DNA of 62,011 nt, filler included. It is 3 parts of 3 records of this genome, joined end to end, with 100 filler letters (N's around TTAATTAATTAA, not from the genome) between each part and the next. Parts side by side here need not be neighbours in the genome. Positions count along the whole stretch, not along the records: positions 1 to 30,204 come from DRR378314_1582; 2 more parts are not named here. The stretch is one strand, 5' to 3'. Position numbers and translations under genes: made by a program. The notes below the pieces were generated by a model that worked only from the letters and a program-made list of their open reading frames with translations, was not told where the DNA came from and did not search any database. Positions 12,101 through 20,942 of this stretch are shown here, piece after piece (position 1 is the first letter of the stretch; each line of letters opens with the position of its first letter).

Positions 12101-12537
12101 TCGATGCTCGCGATATCGTCAAAGCGAATATACGTGCTGAGGTTGTCCGCTCCGTCTGACTGATCGAAACCATTTACCCAGGCGTTGGTATAGCTTGAGT
12201 TTGGATATCGGCCACTGCCATCCGGCTTGAAGGGGGGCTGGTACGTTATCGTCGGGTCATAGTAGACCTTGTTCACGCGGCTAGAGTAGTAGAAATTGTC
12301 GTCATCATTGTTGCCGAGGTTGTCGGGCATGTAGCGCCACGCCATTGATCCGGAATCGTCATAGACGAACACCAGATTCGAGTCGACGGATTCCTTCAAG
12401 AATAATGGGACTTGTGCAAGGTTTACCTGCGCCAGTGCTGATTGCACCGTACAGATCGATAGGAGAAAACTGGCTCCGAACGTGCCCAGCTTCTTAAAGC
12501 ACGAATGCCTGTGTGATTCTTTAGCAAGTATTTTCAT
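9133..12537 (-). CDS. pilY1: Type IV pilus tip adhesin PilY1
   Basis: Signal peptide, vWA MIDAS-like DDSGS...GTPL...TDG, and PilC-type beta-propeller motifs (ANDGILHAF, FGNGY, YAGDLLGNLWRFD, FGTG, GRQTWEQL). Confidence 0.95.
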   Translation of the reverse strand: MKILAKESHRHSCFKKLGTFGASFLLSICTVQSALAQVNLAQVPLFLKESVDSNLVFVYDDSGSMAWRYMPDNLGNNDDDNFYYSSRVNKVYYDPTITYQPPFKPDGSGRYPNSSYTNAWVNGFDQSDGADNLSTYIRFDDIASIEQGFYMQFNSSASCDSNPRQNSCYTTVLLNNASAEVKQNYANWFSYYSTRTLAAKSGITEAFFDLPDNIRVGYGAINVNNNTIDGVNDTDTLVSGVRPYTATRRQQFLTWLHNKNVSGGTPLRTALQDVGKYYSRTDNRGPWGEIPGTNDTTAHIECRQSFSLIMTDGIWNGNNPSVGNVDNTPGPSYTNPDPDGSDFNYTAVSPFTDGHSNTLADVAMQYWKNDLRTDLGNKVPVTSTDPAFWQHMTTFTIGLGVIGDIKEADALAALDPDNGITINWPEPGSDRSPQNIDDLLHAAINGRGGYASAQNPKEFADEIKSFLGDVIARSQTSASSAAVSSAVLRADSLGFFAGFRSEDWSGTLSGFSFDQGKQLWDAEETLRQTLPTDRKLITHNGSTGVDLEFASASSLSNLSAAQRDALNADPTLNATQDNLGHNRLAWLHGDNDAHPTLRNREGTDGGGNTVLRLLGDVINANPQFVGKTNYGFARLSGTEGSKYGAFRSTPSYQSRIDALYVPANDGILHAFNGENGKELFGYIPSELLLPSGSNTYARISELMKPNYTHKYFMDGTPRVQDAYIDKDGNGSEWRTVLLGAMGKGGKTVFALDITEPGSFSPADDVLWEFQHPNLGYGVTDPQISRLDNGTWVAIFGNGYNGASGQSSLFVVDLETGNLVKELQTGAGSAANSNGLASATITSFPETDAITRYAYAGDLLGNLWRFDLTGNTNGWDATKVFTAESPAGNVQPITVAPRVALNPNDNDELVAAFGTGSFLRNGDEGDYDIQTLYAIRDDLSASGLERTDLVQQTITRQEDIVVTRASGSGTNSFTVRETSSNQSNNQQGWYLDLAYNSNKQGERVISRATFPFGVNPDRVRFTTVIPDDDPCGSGRTGFIMDLKLTTGVPSDTPVFDLNSDGTFNAGDITGGYAPSGIQVGYGGENRTIATEDGDAEVVIPGLDPNELSPGAPCEDGLCARSLDSSIGRQTWEQLR

Positions 12538-12611
12538 GGCGAACTCTCCAGTTGGAGTCAGCAATTCATTTTGATGTTGTTTGATCGGCGATCATTAACG
12601 GAAACAGATAT

Positions 12612-13121
12612 TCACTCAGGTGGTAACAAAACCGTTGACTGCAGAACGGTGACCGCCTCATCACTCCCCCCCTGAGCCCGTGAGGTTGTTAGGTAGCGTT
12701 CGAAACAAGGCTGTCCGGGCTCAATAGGGCAGACGTCCGCAAGGCGTGCCAGATGGTAGACAGGTTGTGCACTGACATCGGGGCCAGCGACTCCGGTGCC
12801 GGAGTTGGCCGGATTATTCCCATCCCATTCCCATGGCGCGTTAATCAGTGCTTCATTAAAGGCTGCCTGGCGGGTAGCCAGGGTGCTCATAATGTCGTCT
12901 TCAGCTTGCCGCAAAGCCGCCTCTGAAGCCTGGAATGAAATGGCGCTGTCATGGGCGTTGCTTGCCATACGTTCCTGCATGACAGACCCTTGCATGCCGC
13001 CAATAGCTAGCAGCGAAATAAGCAGCAGCATGACAAGGGCGACAATCAAGGTTGCGCCGCTTTGATGTTGGTTGAAAGGCGTAACTCGGACAGGCGTCGT
13101 TGGTTTGGGCGTGGCTGTCAT
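12612..13121 (-). CDS. pilX: Minor pilin PilX
   Basis: G/ATLIVALVMLLLISLL lacking Glu5; QERMASN...FQASEAALR. Confidence 0.92.
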   Translation of the reverse strand: MTATPKPTTPVRVTPFNQHQSGATLIVALVMLLLISLLAIGGMQGSVMQERMASNAHDSAISFQASEAALRQAEDDIMSTLATRQAAFNEALINAPWEWDGNNPANSGTGVAGPDVSAQPVYHLARLADVCPIEPGQPCFERYLTTSRAQGGSDEAVTVLQSTVLLPPE

Positions 13122-14257
13122 TGCATTCTCCCCCTGAGCGCCGTTGTATTCACGGATATCAGCCGAACACGGCGGTCCCCGTTATTGGCCTGTGTGACTT
13201 CGCTGCCAAGCATGTCGAAACTGCGGTTGTTCACTTCTTCCAATACCTCGTCCTGGCTTCGGGCCATGACCGAGAATCGAACGCTCACGATGTCGTTCCA
13301 GTTAGTCACCTGGTTTGCCGGCAGGTAAGTGTCTGCTGCATTGCTTCCAACGGTGTCCTCGCCGTATAGAATCTGCAGCGTCTCAACACCCGAAACCAGT
13401 TCCTGAGGGGCCTGCAGAGGGATCATCAATCTGCGGAAAAGCGCTGGCTCTCCGTTGGTGCCCTGGCCGATGTAGAAGGCCATGGATGTGAACTCGTACA
13501 CTCTGGTATTGGAATCGAAGACCAGGTTGAAGTTATTGCCATTATTACCTGGATTGACGTTCCCCCCGGCCATTGTGAGAGAGCTGGAGTTTGCTGCGTT
13601 GCTCTTCTGAAACATCTCACCTTCGGAGCAGTCGCCGCGGGTTGCAAGCACAACCCTGTTTGCCTCTACACCAGAGTTGTCGGCCATGTTAATGCTGTTA
13701 CCGTTCTGCTGCGGGATCCCGGCGTTCACTGGGACACCCAGCGGTGTCAGAGCGTTTACAATGACAACATCGGAATTGGTGACGACCGAGCCCGCGAGAT
13801 TTGCAGGAAGATTCGTGCCCACGGTGCCCGAGGCCCAGCTACCTGCACCTGGTGTGGCAAGTGCTCCCGCCAACGTGACGCTGTTGCCTGGTCCGGTGCC
13901 GGTGTATTCCCAGCCTTGGAGTGCCTGGTCCAGTGGCACCGCCAGGCCGCCGTTCAGGCGGTTGTCGACAACCTGGTCGAGAGGCCTGCCCATTTCAGCG
14001 AGGCAGCCGAAACTGCCCGCGGAACGTAAATCTGGCGTCATGACGGCAGACACAAAGCGTGTGCTCTCCTGGGCATGGGCAAGGCCCTGAGTCTGGCGAT
14101 AGGTTTCGTTGCCGCTCAGATAGATCTGGGTTACCCCAAGCGTAAGAATGAGGCCGAGCGCGGTCGCGATCAGCAGTTCAACCATTGATAAACCCGATTG
14201 GCTAGACATGGGGTTACGATCAAAAGCAGACGGAAAACTGGATTTTGACGTGATCAA
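13118..14257 (-). CDS. pilW: Minor pilin PilW
   Basis: G/LSMVELLIA prepilin site; ELVSGVETLQILYGED and TTALR C-terminal motifs. TTG start overlaps the pilV stop (alternative ATG 14209). Confidence 0.9.
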   Translation of the reverse strand: MITSKSSFPSAFDRNPMSSQSGLSMVELLIATALGLILTLGVTQIYLSGNETYRQTQGLAHAQESTRFVSAVMTPDLRSAGSFGCLAEMGRPLDQVVDNRLNGGLAVPLDQALQGWEYTGTGPGNSVTLAGALATPGAGSWASGTVGTNLPANLAGSVVTNSDVVIVNALTPLGVPVNAGIPQQNGNSINMADNSGVEANRVVLATRGDCSEGEMFQKSNAANSSSLTMAGGNVNPGNNGNNFNLVFDSNTRVYEFTSMAFYIGQGTNGEPALFRRLMIPLQAPQELVSGVETLQILYGEDTVGSNAADTYLPANQVTNWNDIVSVRFSVMARSQDEVLEEVNNRSFDMLGSEVTQANNGDRRVRLISVNTTALRGRMQ

Positions 14258-14754
14258 ATCTGAGTCCTCACTACTACAGGGTTCATGGCCTGGTCGTTCT
14301 GGTCCCAGTCGATCGTGACTGTGACCACGTTGGTGAGCATGTCCACCGCGACAGTGCGTTCGGCTTCGGGAAGCAGGCATGCAAGGCTGTTTTCCCAAGC
14401 GGCAATATCATTTGCGGCTACGCTTGCGTTCGCCGGGACGAACGCGGTGGCGCACTCACCCCCATTGGCGCCCTGAGCATCGCCTTGGCCCAGCGCATAG
14501 GCGTCAGGGTTATCAGAGTTCGCGCGAATTCGGTCGAGAAGATCTTCTGCAAGCAGAACGGCCTGGCTTCGGCTTTGAGACTGGGAGTTCATTTGCAGCG
14601 AAACCACTTGGGTTGACGCAACACCCAGTATTCCGATACCGAGGACTAGGACTGTTATAAGAATCTCGATTAGGCCGAGGCCCGATTGCTTTTGCAGTGC
14701 TGCAGGGTAAGTGCGCCGCTTTAAGGTCAGAGCATTTGCTGGAATCACGGGCAT
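14254..14754 (-). CDS. pilV: Minor pilin PilV
   Basis: G/LGLIEILITVLVLGIGILG...RSQAVLLAEDLLDRIRAN. Confidence 0.92.
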   Translation of the reverse strand: MPVIPANALTLKRRTYPAALQKQSGLGLIEILITVLVLGIGILGVASTQVVSLQMNSQSQSRSQAVLLAEDLLDRIRANSDNPDAYALGQGDAQGANGGECATAFVPANASVAANDIAAWENSLACLLPEAERTVAVDMLTNVVTVTIDWDQNDQAMNPVVVRTQI

Positions 14755-15227
14755 ACTCCGTCGTCAATTTCAGTTCGACCAACCGGGCTTACACGAATCA
14801 CCCGGAAAGAAATATCGCCGCTGGCGCAGCCATCGGGCGCGATGGTGAAAGTTTGGGCTGCCTGCGGAACCAGAAATCCGCGCCGATCAAACACCAGATC
14901 ACCAACGGACTCTGTAAACGTGAGGTTGCCTGGCGATTCGAATCCGCGAATCTGGTCGTTGGTGCAATCCCCGGTATCATCACCATCGTGCACACACCAG
15001 CCGCCGCCCAGACCGCCGTCCGTGCTGAACGTGACGTTGGCACCGCGTTTGATGGCCTCAGTTCTGGCAAGCTTTATTGATGACACCAGAAGGTTGGTGC
15101 CCGTTGCCAGTCGGTTGCTTTCGATTAATCGACCAAAACCAGGAACTGCGACGGTCGCAATGATGGCGAGAATCACCATTGTGACGAGCAACTCAATAAG
15201 CGTGAAACCTGCCGTTCTTTTCAACAT
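14745..15227 (-). CDS. fimU: GspH/FimU-family minor pilin
   Basis: G/FTLIELLVT...LARTEAIKRG; first gene before pilV. Confidence 0.8.
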   Translation of the reverse strand: MLKRTAGFTLIELLVTMVILAIIATVAVPGFGRLIESNRLATGTNLLVSSIKLARTEAIKRGANVTFSTDGGLGGGWCVHDGDDTGDCTNDQIRGFESPGNLTFTESVGDLVFDRRGFLVPQAAQTFTIAPDGCASGDISFRVIRVSPVGRTEIDDGVCP

Positions 15228-15293
15228 GCCATATTCCGTTGGTGAGCCTCAGGTTAGTAGAACAAAGGCACCAAGGATATTCATCGGCTATTC

Positions 15294-15303
15294 GATGAAC
15301 GGT
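15294..15303 (-). promoter_or_regulatory. AlgR-like (LytTR) binding box upstream of fimU
   Basis: Minus strand ACCGTTCATC, a 9/10 match to the AlgR consensus ACCGTTCGTC. Confidence 0.5.
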
Positions 15304-15340
15304 CGAACATCCGGTACGGGCGGTATCCGGGGGCTGAAGA

Positions 15341-15356
15341 TGTGGTTTACATCACG
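15341..15356. promoter_or_regulatory. CRP/Vfr-like site upstream of fimU
   Basis: TGTGG-TTTACA-TCACG (8/10 to TGTGA-N6-TCACA) with AAGA/TTTA flanks. Confidence 0.55.
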
Positions 15357-15387
15357 TTTAAAGGTCGACAATCTGTCCTTCCGGTAT

Positions 15388-15960
15388 TTACGGCCCGGGA
15401 CAAGTGACCGTCGTTCCCCAGGGGAGTCTGATTGTTCCATCCCCGTCTTCGTCGTGGAGTGTCCGGATGCGCCCCCCAATATTGAGAGCCAGGTAACTCA
15501 TGTTGAACCCGCCGTTGGTTGACGGAGAGCATGCGACAAGACTTCCCATCGTTCCATGGCTCATGCCTCTGGCCGACAACTGGAAGTAGCCCCGCCCAGC
15601 GGTTCGGGAATAGACGTTGGATTGGCCCTCTGCGAGCGTAAAGACCCGGTGGACTTTACCCGCGTCCGGGCGCTTGTCGTTGTCTCTGTCTGGAAAGACG
15701 GATACTGGGTTATTCCAGTCATCGGTGCACCTCAGCGCGGGGGACAGTGGACACACGGTGGTGAGCGTTTTCTGATGGACGGCGTAGGAGCGTGCCACGG
15801 TGAACATTTGACGGGTGTCATTGATCATATCGGTGTGGCGTGTTGACGAGATAAGCTGAGTGAAGGACGTACTGGCTATCCCGGCGAGCATTGCGGCCAG
15901 TGCGAGCGTTAAAATAAGCTCAACGAGGGTGAAGCCCCGGGCTTTGGTAAGGTATTGCAT
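15388..15960 (-). CDS. fimT: FimT-family minor pilin
   Basis: MQYLTKARG/FTLVELILT; ARSYAV...VCP; C-terminal GRIR. Alternative upstream ATG at 15984. Confidence 0.85.
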   Translation of the reverse strand: MQYLTKARGFTLVELILTLALAAMLAGIASTSFTQLISSTRHTDMINDTRQMFTVARSYAVHQKTLTTVCPLSPALRCTDDWNNPVSVFPDRDNDKRPDAGKVHRVFTLAEGQSNVYSRTAGRGYFQLSARGMSHGTMGSLVACSPSTNGGFNMSYLALNIGGRIRTLHDEDGDGTIRLPWGTTVTCPGP

Positions 15961-16081
15961 AGTCAACATCCATGTTGGTGTCATTAGTCTGGGCGCTTTT
16001 CACATCCTGTAGAAAAGCGGCATGAATCTTACCCTAAATCGAGTTGCCGTGGTTACCGGCGAGAGATTTCTGCGATACCGT

Positions 16082-17470
16082 TCACTCCATCCCAAGTTTT
16101 TTCAAGCGATACCGGAGCGCGCGGAAACTGATCCCTAAACGCTTCGCGGCTGCTGTTTTGTTCCATCGAGTGGCTTCCAGGGCCTTTTCAATGGCCTGTC
16201 GCTCGATGTTTTCAAGGTAGCCTTCCAGATCGATCTCGCCGTCTGGCACGTTGGCAGAGTCGCTGGCATCGGAGTCGCCTTGGGTAATAATCTGAGAAGC
16301 GGACGTCATATTTGATACACCATTACCGAGGTGTAAATCTCCCGCGTCAATCTGGTCCTCGTCACACAGGGTGAAGGCTCTCTCCAGAACATTCTCCAGT
16401 TCCCGTACGTTGCCTGGGAAATCGTAACTCTTCAGTCGTTCAATGGCTCCCGGTGTCAACGTAGCCGGGTCGCATTCGTACTCTCTGCCAATCCTTTCGA
16501 GAATATGGCGGGCAAGAAGAGGGATGTCGTCAGGGCGGTCCCTCAAAGGTGGAACAGCCAGTTCGATGACGTTGATGCGGTAGAAAAGATCCTGGCGAAA
16601 AGTGCCCTCTTGAACCAGCTCCGGAAGGTTTTTATGAGTGGCACTCAAGACGCGGATATCCACCGGCACCTCTTTAGTGTCTCCAACGGGGCGGACCGCT
16701 TTTTCCTGAATCGCCCTGAGAAGTTTCACCTGCATGGCCAACGGCAAGTCCGCCACTTCATCCAGGAATAGAGTGCCGCCGTTGGCCGATCGGAATAGGC
16801 CGTCCTTGTTTTCGACCGCTCCGGTGAAGCTGCCTTTTTTATGCCCAAAAAATTCGCTTTCCATCAGCTCAGAGGGGATGGCGCCGCAGTTGACGGCTAT
16901 GAATGGGCCGTCACGCCGGGGGCCCTGCAAATGAATCATTCTCGCGACCAGCTCCTTACCACTGCCGGATTCTCCACTGATGAACACGGGGGCCTGGCTT
17001 CTTGCCAGTTTACGAGTCTGGCTCCGGAGTCGTTGGATTTCCGCTGATCTGCCCAGTAATAGACCCGGTTCGTCACTTGTGTCCTGGTCATTGGTTTCTG
17101 GCTCCGACAACCTGAGGGCGCTATTGACCAATTCCCGGAGCCGGGGAAGCTCAACCGGCTTTGATACGAAATCAAAGGCGCCGGCTTTCAGGGACTCAAT
17201 GGCCGTATCCATGTTGCCGTACGCCGTGATAACCGCCACCGGGGTGCAGGGCGTGTTCTGCTGTATCCAGTGCACAAGCTCGATACCGTTGCCATCGGGC
17301 AGATTCATGTCGGTCAGGCAGAGCTGCGGTTTGTGTTCACTCAGAAGCTTTTTCGCGCAAGTGATATCCGGCGCAGTCAGGGTTGATATTCCCATCCTGG
17401 TGAGAGTGATTTCCAGAAGGTCCCGGATATCGGGTTCGTCGTCTACGATCAGGGCAGTATGAGTGGTCAT
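16082..17470 (-). CDS. pilR: sigma54-dependent response regulator PilR
   Basis: Receiver DDEPD...D, GESGSGKE, GSFTGA, and C-terminal HTH WNKTAAAKRLGISFRALRYRLKKLG. Confidence 0.95.
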   Translation of the reverse strand: MTTHTALIVDDEPDIRDLLEITLTRMGISTLTAPDITCAKKLLSEHKPQLCLTDMNLPDGNGIELVHWIQQNTPCTPVAVITAYGNMDTAIESLKAGAFDFVSKPVELPRLRELVNSALRLSEPETNDQDTSDEPGLLLGRSAEIQRLRSQTRKLARSQAPVFISGESGSGKELVARMIHLQGPRRDGPFIAVNCGAIPSELMESEFFGHKKGSFTGAVENKDGLFRSANGGTLFLDEVADLPLAMQVKLLRAIQEKAVRPVGDTKEVPVDIRVLSATHKNLPELVQEGTFRQDLFYRINVIELAVPPLRDRPDDIPLLARHILERIGREYECDPATLTPGAIERLKSYDFPGNVRELENVLERAFTLCDEDQIDAGDLHLGNGVSNMTSASQIITQGDSDASDSANVPDGEIDLEGYLENIERQAIEKALEATRWNKTAAAKRLGISFRALRYRLKKLGME

Positions 17471-17515
17471 GGGATTGGTATAGGTTCCATCTCGTTGTTC
17501 AGACTACCGGGCTTG

Positions 17516-19162
17516 TCAGATCATTCGCCCGTGGTGAGCAAATGTAATGCGGAAACAACAGCCGGGCTGGTTGTCATCGACCAGGGACAGGTGAGCCTGA
17601 TTAGCCTCGCACAGTTCTCGCGCCAGATAAAGGCCGAGCCCCGTCCCGCTCTTGTCGGTTGTGAAAAACGGCTCAAAAACAGATATGCGATGTTCCGGCG
17701 CAATACCCGGACCGAAATCCCGGACGTCCACGTAGGCTCTCTCGCCATCGGCGGTAACACCCGCGAAGAGTTCGATGTGGCGTTCGCCAGTCGTCTGCTC
17801 ACTGTACCGAAGGCCATTGTCACAAAGGTTCACCATCACCTGCTCAATCTGGCTCACATCAAACCGGGCCTGAGGCAGCTCGCTTTCCGTACGAAGCTCA
17901 ATGTTGTCGGACTTCTGGTGTTCATTATCCTGGGTCTGCAGGTAATCGTCACGGAATGTCGATAACCATTGGCTGATATCGATCAGATCCGTATTGGCGG
18001 CACGGCGTCTCGACAGGTCGAGAACGTTTTCAATGATACCGTTCACCCGGCGGGAGTGCCGTTCGATGATATCCAGCATTTTGCGATCCCCGTCGTCGAG
18101 ATTGGGGGACTCCCCCATCAACTGCGACGCATGGCTGATGGCGCCGAGCGGGTTTCGGATTTCATGGGCAATGCCGGCAGTCAATCGCCCCAGGGAGGCC
18201 AGCTTCATCTGTTGGGCCTGTTGGGTCACCTTGCTCATGTCATCGATAAACACCAGGATCTGGTCACCCCGCTGCTGATCGAGCTGGGTGAAATTGACCT
18301 GCACCATCGGTGAGGTGGGTGTGGACTGGAAAGGGTCCGTTCTGCGCGCCGGGTCTTTCAGCCAGGCCTCAAGCCCGCGCCGGAGTGGGTGTGGCAGGTT
18401 TCGTCCCTGGGCAGGTTGTTTCGTATTCTCTGTGCCAGTGCCGAACAGCAACTCTTCCGCCGCTGCATTGGCCAGACGGATGCGTGCGAACCGGTCGAGT
18501 ACGAGAATGCCGGTTCTCATACGCTGAATGATCTGGCGATTAATCTGTTCCAGTTCGGCAATGCTCCGGGCGCGGGAGCTCGCGAGTGCTTCGCTGCGCA
18601 GCATGCGTCGTGATACATACTGGAGGGTAAACGCCGCTGCAAAATAAAGAATGCCCAGTGAGCCTGCGCGAACGATCTCGTCGGCGGAGTCACCGAATAC
18701 CAGTACGGACCAGGTTGAAATGCCCAGTGAGCAGATGGCGCCCAGCGCTGCGTAGAATGTGCCGATCCGGGTGGGTGTCAGTATGTTGCCCGCAGCCACC
18801 GAGACGATAACCAGGTTTGCCAGTCCGTTGGTAATGCCGGTGCTTGTGAGTAATAGACCGTGCAGAAGCAGGATGTCCATCAATATGGAAAAAGTAATAT
18901 GGCGGCTTCCGGGCTGAAAACCGGCCAACATGATTAAGGCGATGAAGCCATTCACGGCGACGTAACAGACTACCCCGGCCTGGTAATAGTCCATTGCCCG
19001 GAAGCGAGAGTCGAAGTTAATGGGGTCTACGAACAGCAGCGCCACCAATATAATGCTGACGACAACGCGGTAGTGGTTATAGATCCGAAACAGCCGGCCC
19101 CGCTGGTTTGAAGGGGGCGCGTCGGCTATGGGGTGCTGATCAGGAGTGATTGGTTGTGCCAT
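17516..19162 (-). CDS. pilS: Sensor histidine kinase PilS
   Basis: Multi-TM N-terminus, PAS region, AHEIRNPL H-box and GTGLGL G-box; adjacent to pilR. Confidence 0.93.
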   Translation of the reverse strand: MAQPITPDQHPIADAPPSNQRGRLFRIYNHYRVVVSIILVALLFVDPINFDSRFRAMDYYQAGVVCYVAVNGFIALIMLAGFQPGSRHITFSILMDILLLHGLLLTSTGITNGLANLVIVSVAAGNILTPTRIGTFYAALGAICSLGISTWSVLVFGDSADEIVRAGSLGILYFAAAFTLQYVSRRMLRSEALASSRARSIAELEQINRQIIQRMRTGILVLDRFARIRLANAAAEELLFGTGTENTKQPAQGRNLPHPLRRGLEAWLKDPARRTDPFQSTPTSPMVQVNFTQLDQQRGDQILVFIDDMSKVTQQAQQMKLASLGRLTAGIAHEIRNPLGAISHASQLMGESPNLDDGDRKMLDIIERHSRRVNGIIENVLDLSRRRAANTDLIDISQWLSTFRDDYLQTQDNEHQKSDNIELRTESELPQARFDVSQIEQVMVNLCDNGLRYSEQTTGERHIELFAGVTADGERAYVDVRDFGPGIAPEHRISVFEPFFTTDKSGTGLGLYLARELCEANQAHLSLVDDNQPGCCFRITFAHHGRMI

Positions 19163-19247
19163 CGTCCAGTGGATATCCCGCGAGAATTCTGTTGTCTTGC
19201 GGGGTTATAATAGCCTTTTAATGGCAATGAGTTACAGGAGCTGCGTT

Positions 19248-20900
19248 ATGTCCGTGCAAAAGGATGCCCAGAGGCCCGGAAAACTTCGAGTGGTGATGGC
19301 TCAACTCGATTTTCTGGTGGGTGATATTCCTGGCAACACACGAAAGGTGATTGAGGCGACCCGGCGTGCGGAGCAGGAACATCAGGCGGATCTGGTTGTA
19401 TTCCCGGAACTGTGTCTGACCGGCTATCCGCCAGAAGACCTCCTGTTAAGGCCCAGTATGGATGTACGTGTTGCAGACGCACTGGAAACCCTACGCGAGG
19501 AGCGTTTGGGGCCCGCCATCATTGTGGGTGCCCCGATACGGGAGGGAGCACTACTCTACAATGCAGCCGTCGCCATTGAGCACGGGACTATAACCGGTCG
19601 TTACTTCAAACGTTTCCCTCCCAATTATCAGGTTTTCGACGAAAAGCGCTATTTCGCAAACGGTACGGATACGCTGGTGATGGACATCAGGGGGGTGCCA
19701 GTCGGCATTACCATATGTGAGGACATCTGGAGCGATGGCCCGGTGGAAGACGCCGCCTCGGCAGGCGCCCGGTTGGTGATCAATCTCAATGCATCCCCCT
19801 ACGATATTGACAAGCAGGTGCGCAGAAAGGCCCTGGTTGAGCGCAAAGCCTTTGAGAACCGGGTGAGTATCGTCTACGTGAACCTGATCGGCGGGCAGGA
19901 TGAGTTGGTCTTTGATGGCGGCTCTTTGGTATACGACCATTCCGGAGCGCTTGCCGCCGAGGCGCCACAGTTCAGCGAAGGGCTCTATCCAGTCGATTTC
20001 GTCTGTGAGCATCATTGTCAGCCAATTTCTCAGCCTGCGATTACCGAACCGTCGTTGGAGGAGAACATCTACAAAGCCCTGGTTCTGGGCGTGCGGGATT
20101 ACGTAAACAAGAATGGCTTTAAATCGGTCGTCCTGGGGCTTTCCGGCGGTATTGATTCCGCAGTGACCCTGGCTGTTGCGGCGGATGCCTTGGGAGCCGA
20201 TCGGGTACGCGCGGTGATGATGCCTTTTCGCTATACCTCGGGTATGAGTATTGAGGACGCGGAGGCTGAGGCTGTCGCTCTTGGTGTCCAGTACGACGTG
20301 TTCTCCATCGAGCCTATGTACGACGCCTTTATGGAAACATTGGCGGCCCCGTTTGAGGGTACGCAACCAGACACCACGGAGGAGAACCTGCAGGCGCGGT
20401 TGAGGGGTGTCCTGTTGATGTCTCTATCCAACAAGTTTGGTTCGCTGGTTCTGACCACGGGTAACAAAAGCGAAATGGCAGTTGGCTATTCAACGCTGTA
20501 CGGGGATATGGCCGGAGGGTTTGACGTACTCAAGGATGTTCCGAAAACCCTGGTTTTTCGACTCGCCTGGTACCGCAACAGTGTTTCGCAGGTGATTCCA
20601 GAACGGGTTATTACCCGCCCACCCTCTGCAGAGCTGGCGCCGGACCAGAAGGACGAGGACAGTCTGCCTGGCTATGACGTTCTTGATCAGATTCTCAACC
20701 TCTATGTGGAACGGGATCTGAGCGCCGATGCCATCGTGGCTCAAGGGTTCGACAGGGCCGATGTTGATCGCGTGGTGAGGCTTGTGGACATCAATGAATA
20801 TAAGCGGAGGCAGGCGCCGATTGGCGTGAGAATTACTGAGCGGGGGTTTGGCAAGGACCGGCGTTACCCGATCACCAACGGCTGGAAAAGCGGCAAGTAA
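19248..20900 (+). CDS. nadE: Glutamine-dependent NAD+ synthetase
   Basis: Nitrilase-fold domain (FPEL, ICED) plus LSGGIDS, GNKSE and PPSAEL; AGGAG SD at 19236-19240. Confidence 0.96.
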   Translation: MSVQKDAQRPGKLRVVMAQLDFLVGDIPGNTRKVIEATRRAEQEHQADLVVFPELCLTGYPPEDLLLRPSMDVRVADALETLREERLGPAIIVGAPIREGALLYNAAVAIEHGTITGRYFKRFPPNYQVFDEKRYFANGTDTLVMDIRGVPVGITICEDIWSDGPVEDAASAGARLVINLNASPYDIDKQVRRKALVERKAFENRVSIVYVNLIGGQDELVFDGGSLVYDHSGALAAEAPQFSEGLYPVDFVCEHHCQPISQPAITEPSLEENIYKALVLGVRDYVNKNGFKSVVLGLSGGIDSAVTLAVAADALGADRVRAVMMPFRYTSGMSIEDAEAEAVALGVQYDVFSIEPMYDAFMETLAAPFEGTQPDTTEENLQARLRGVLLMSLSNKFGSLVLTTGNKSEMAVGYSTLYGDMAGGFDVLKDVPKTLVFRLAWYRNSVSQVIPERVITRPPSAELAPDQKDEDSLPGYDVLDQILNLYVERDLSADAIVAQGFDRADVDRVVRLVDINEYKRRQAPIGVRITERGFGKDRRYPITNGWKSGK

Positions 20901-20910
20901 ATATCAGGCG

Positions 20911-20935
20911 GGCTGCCCTATGTGACAGGGCAGCC
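20911..20935. terminator. Hairpin between convergent nadE and bamD
   Basis: GGCTGCCCT-ATGTGAC-AGGGCAGCC 9-bp stem; no strong U-tract. Confidence 0.55.
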
Positions 20936-20942
20936 GTCGAAG

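Noticed and set aside
15985-16081. sigma54 promoter for the pilin genes driven by PilR
   Set aside because: No TGGCAC-N5-TTGC match seen; PilR's usual target pilA is not in the window.
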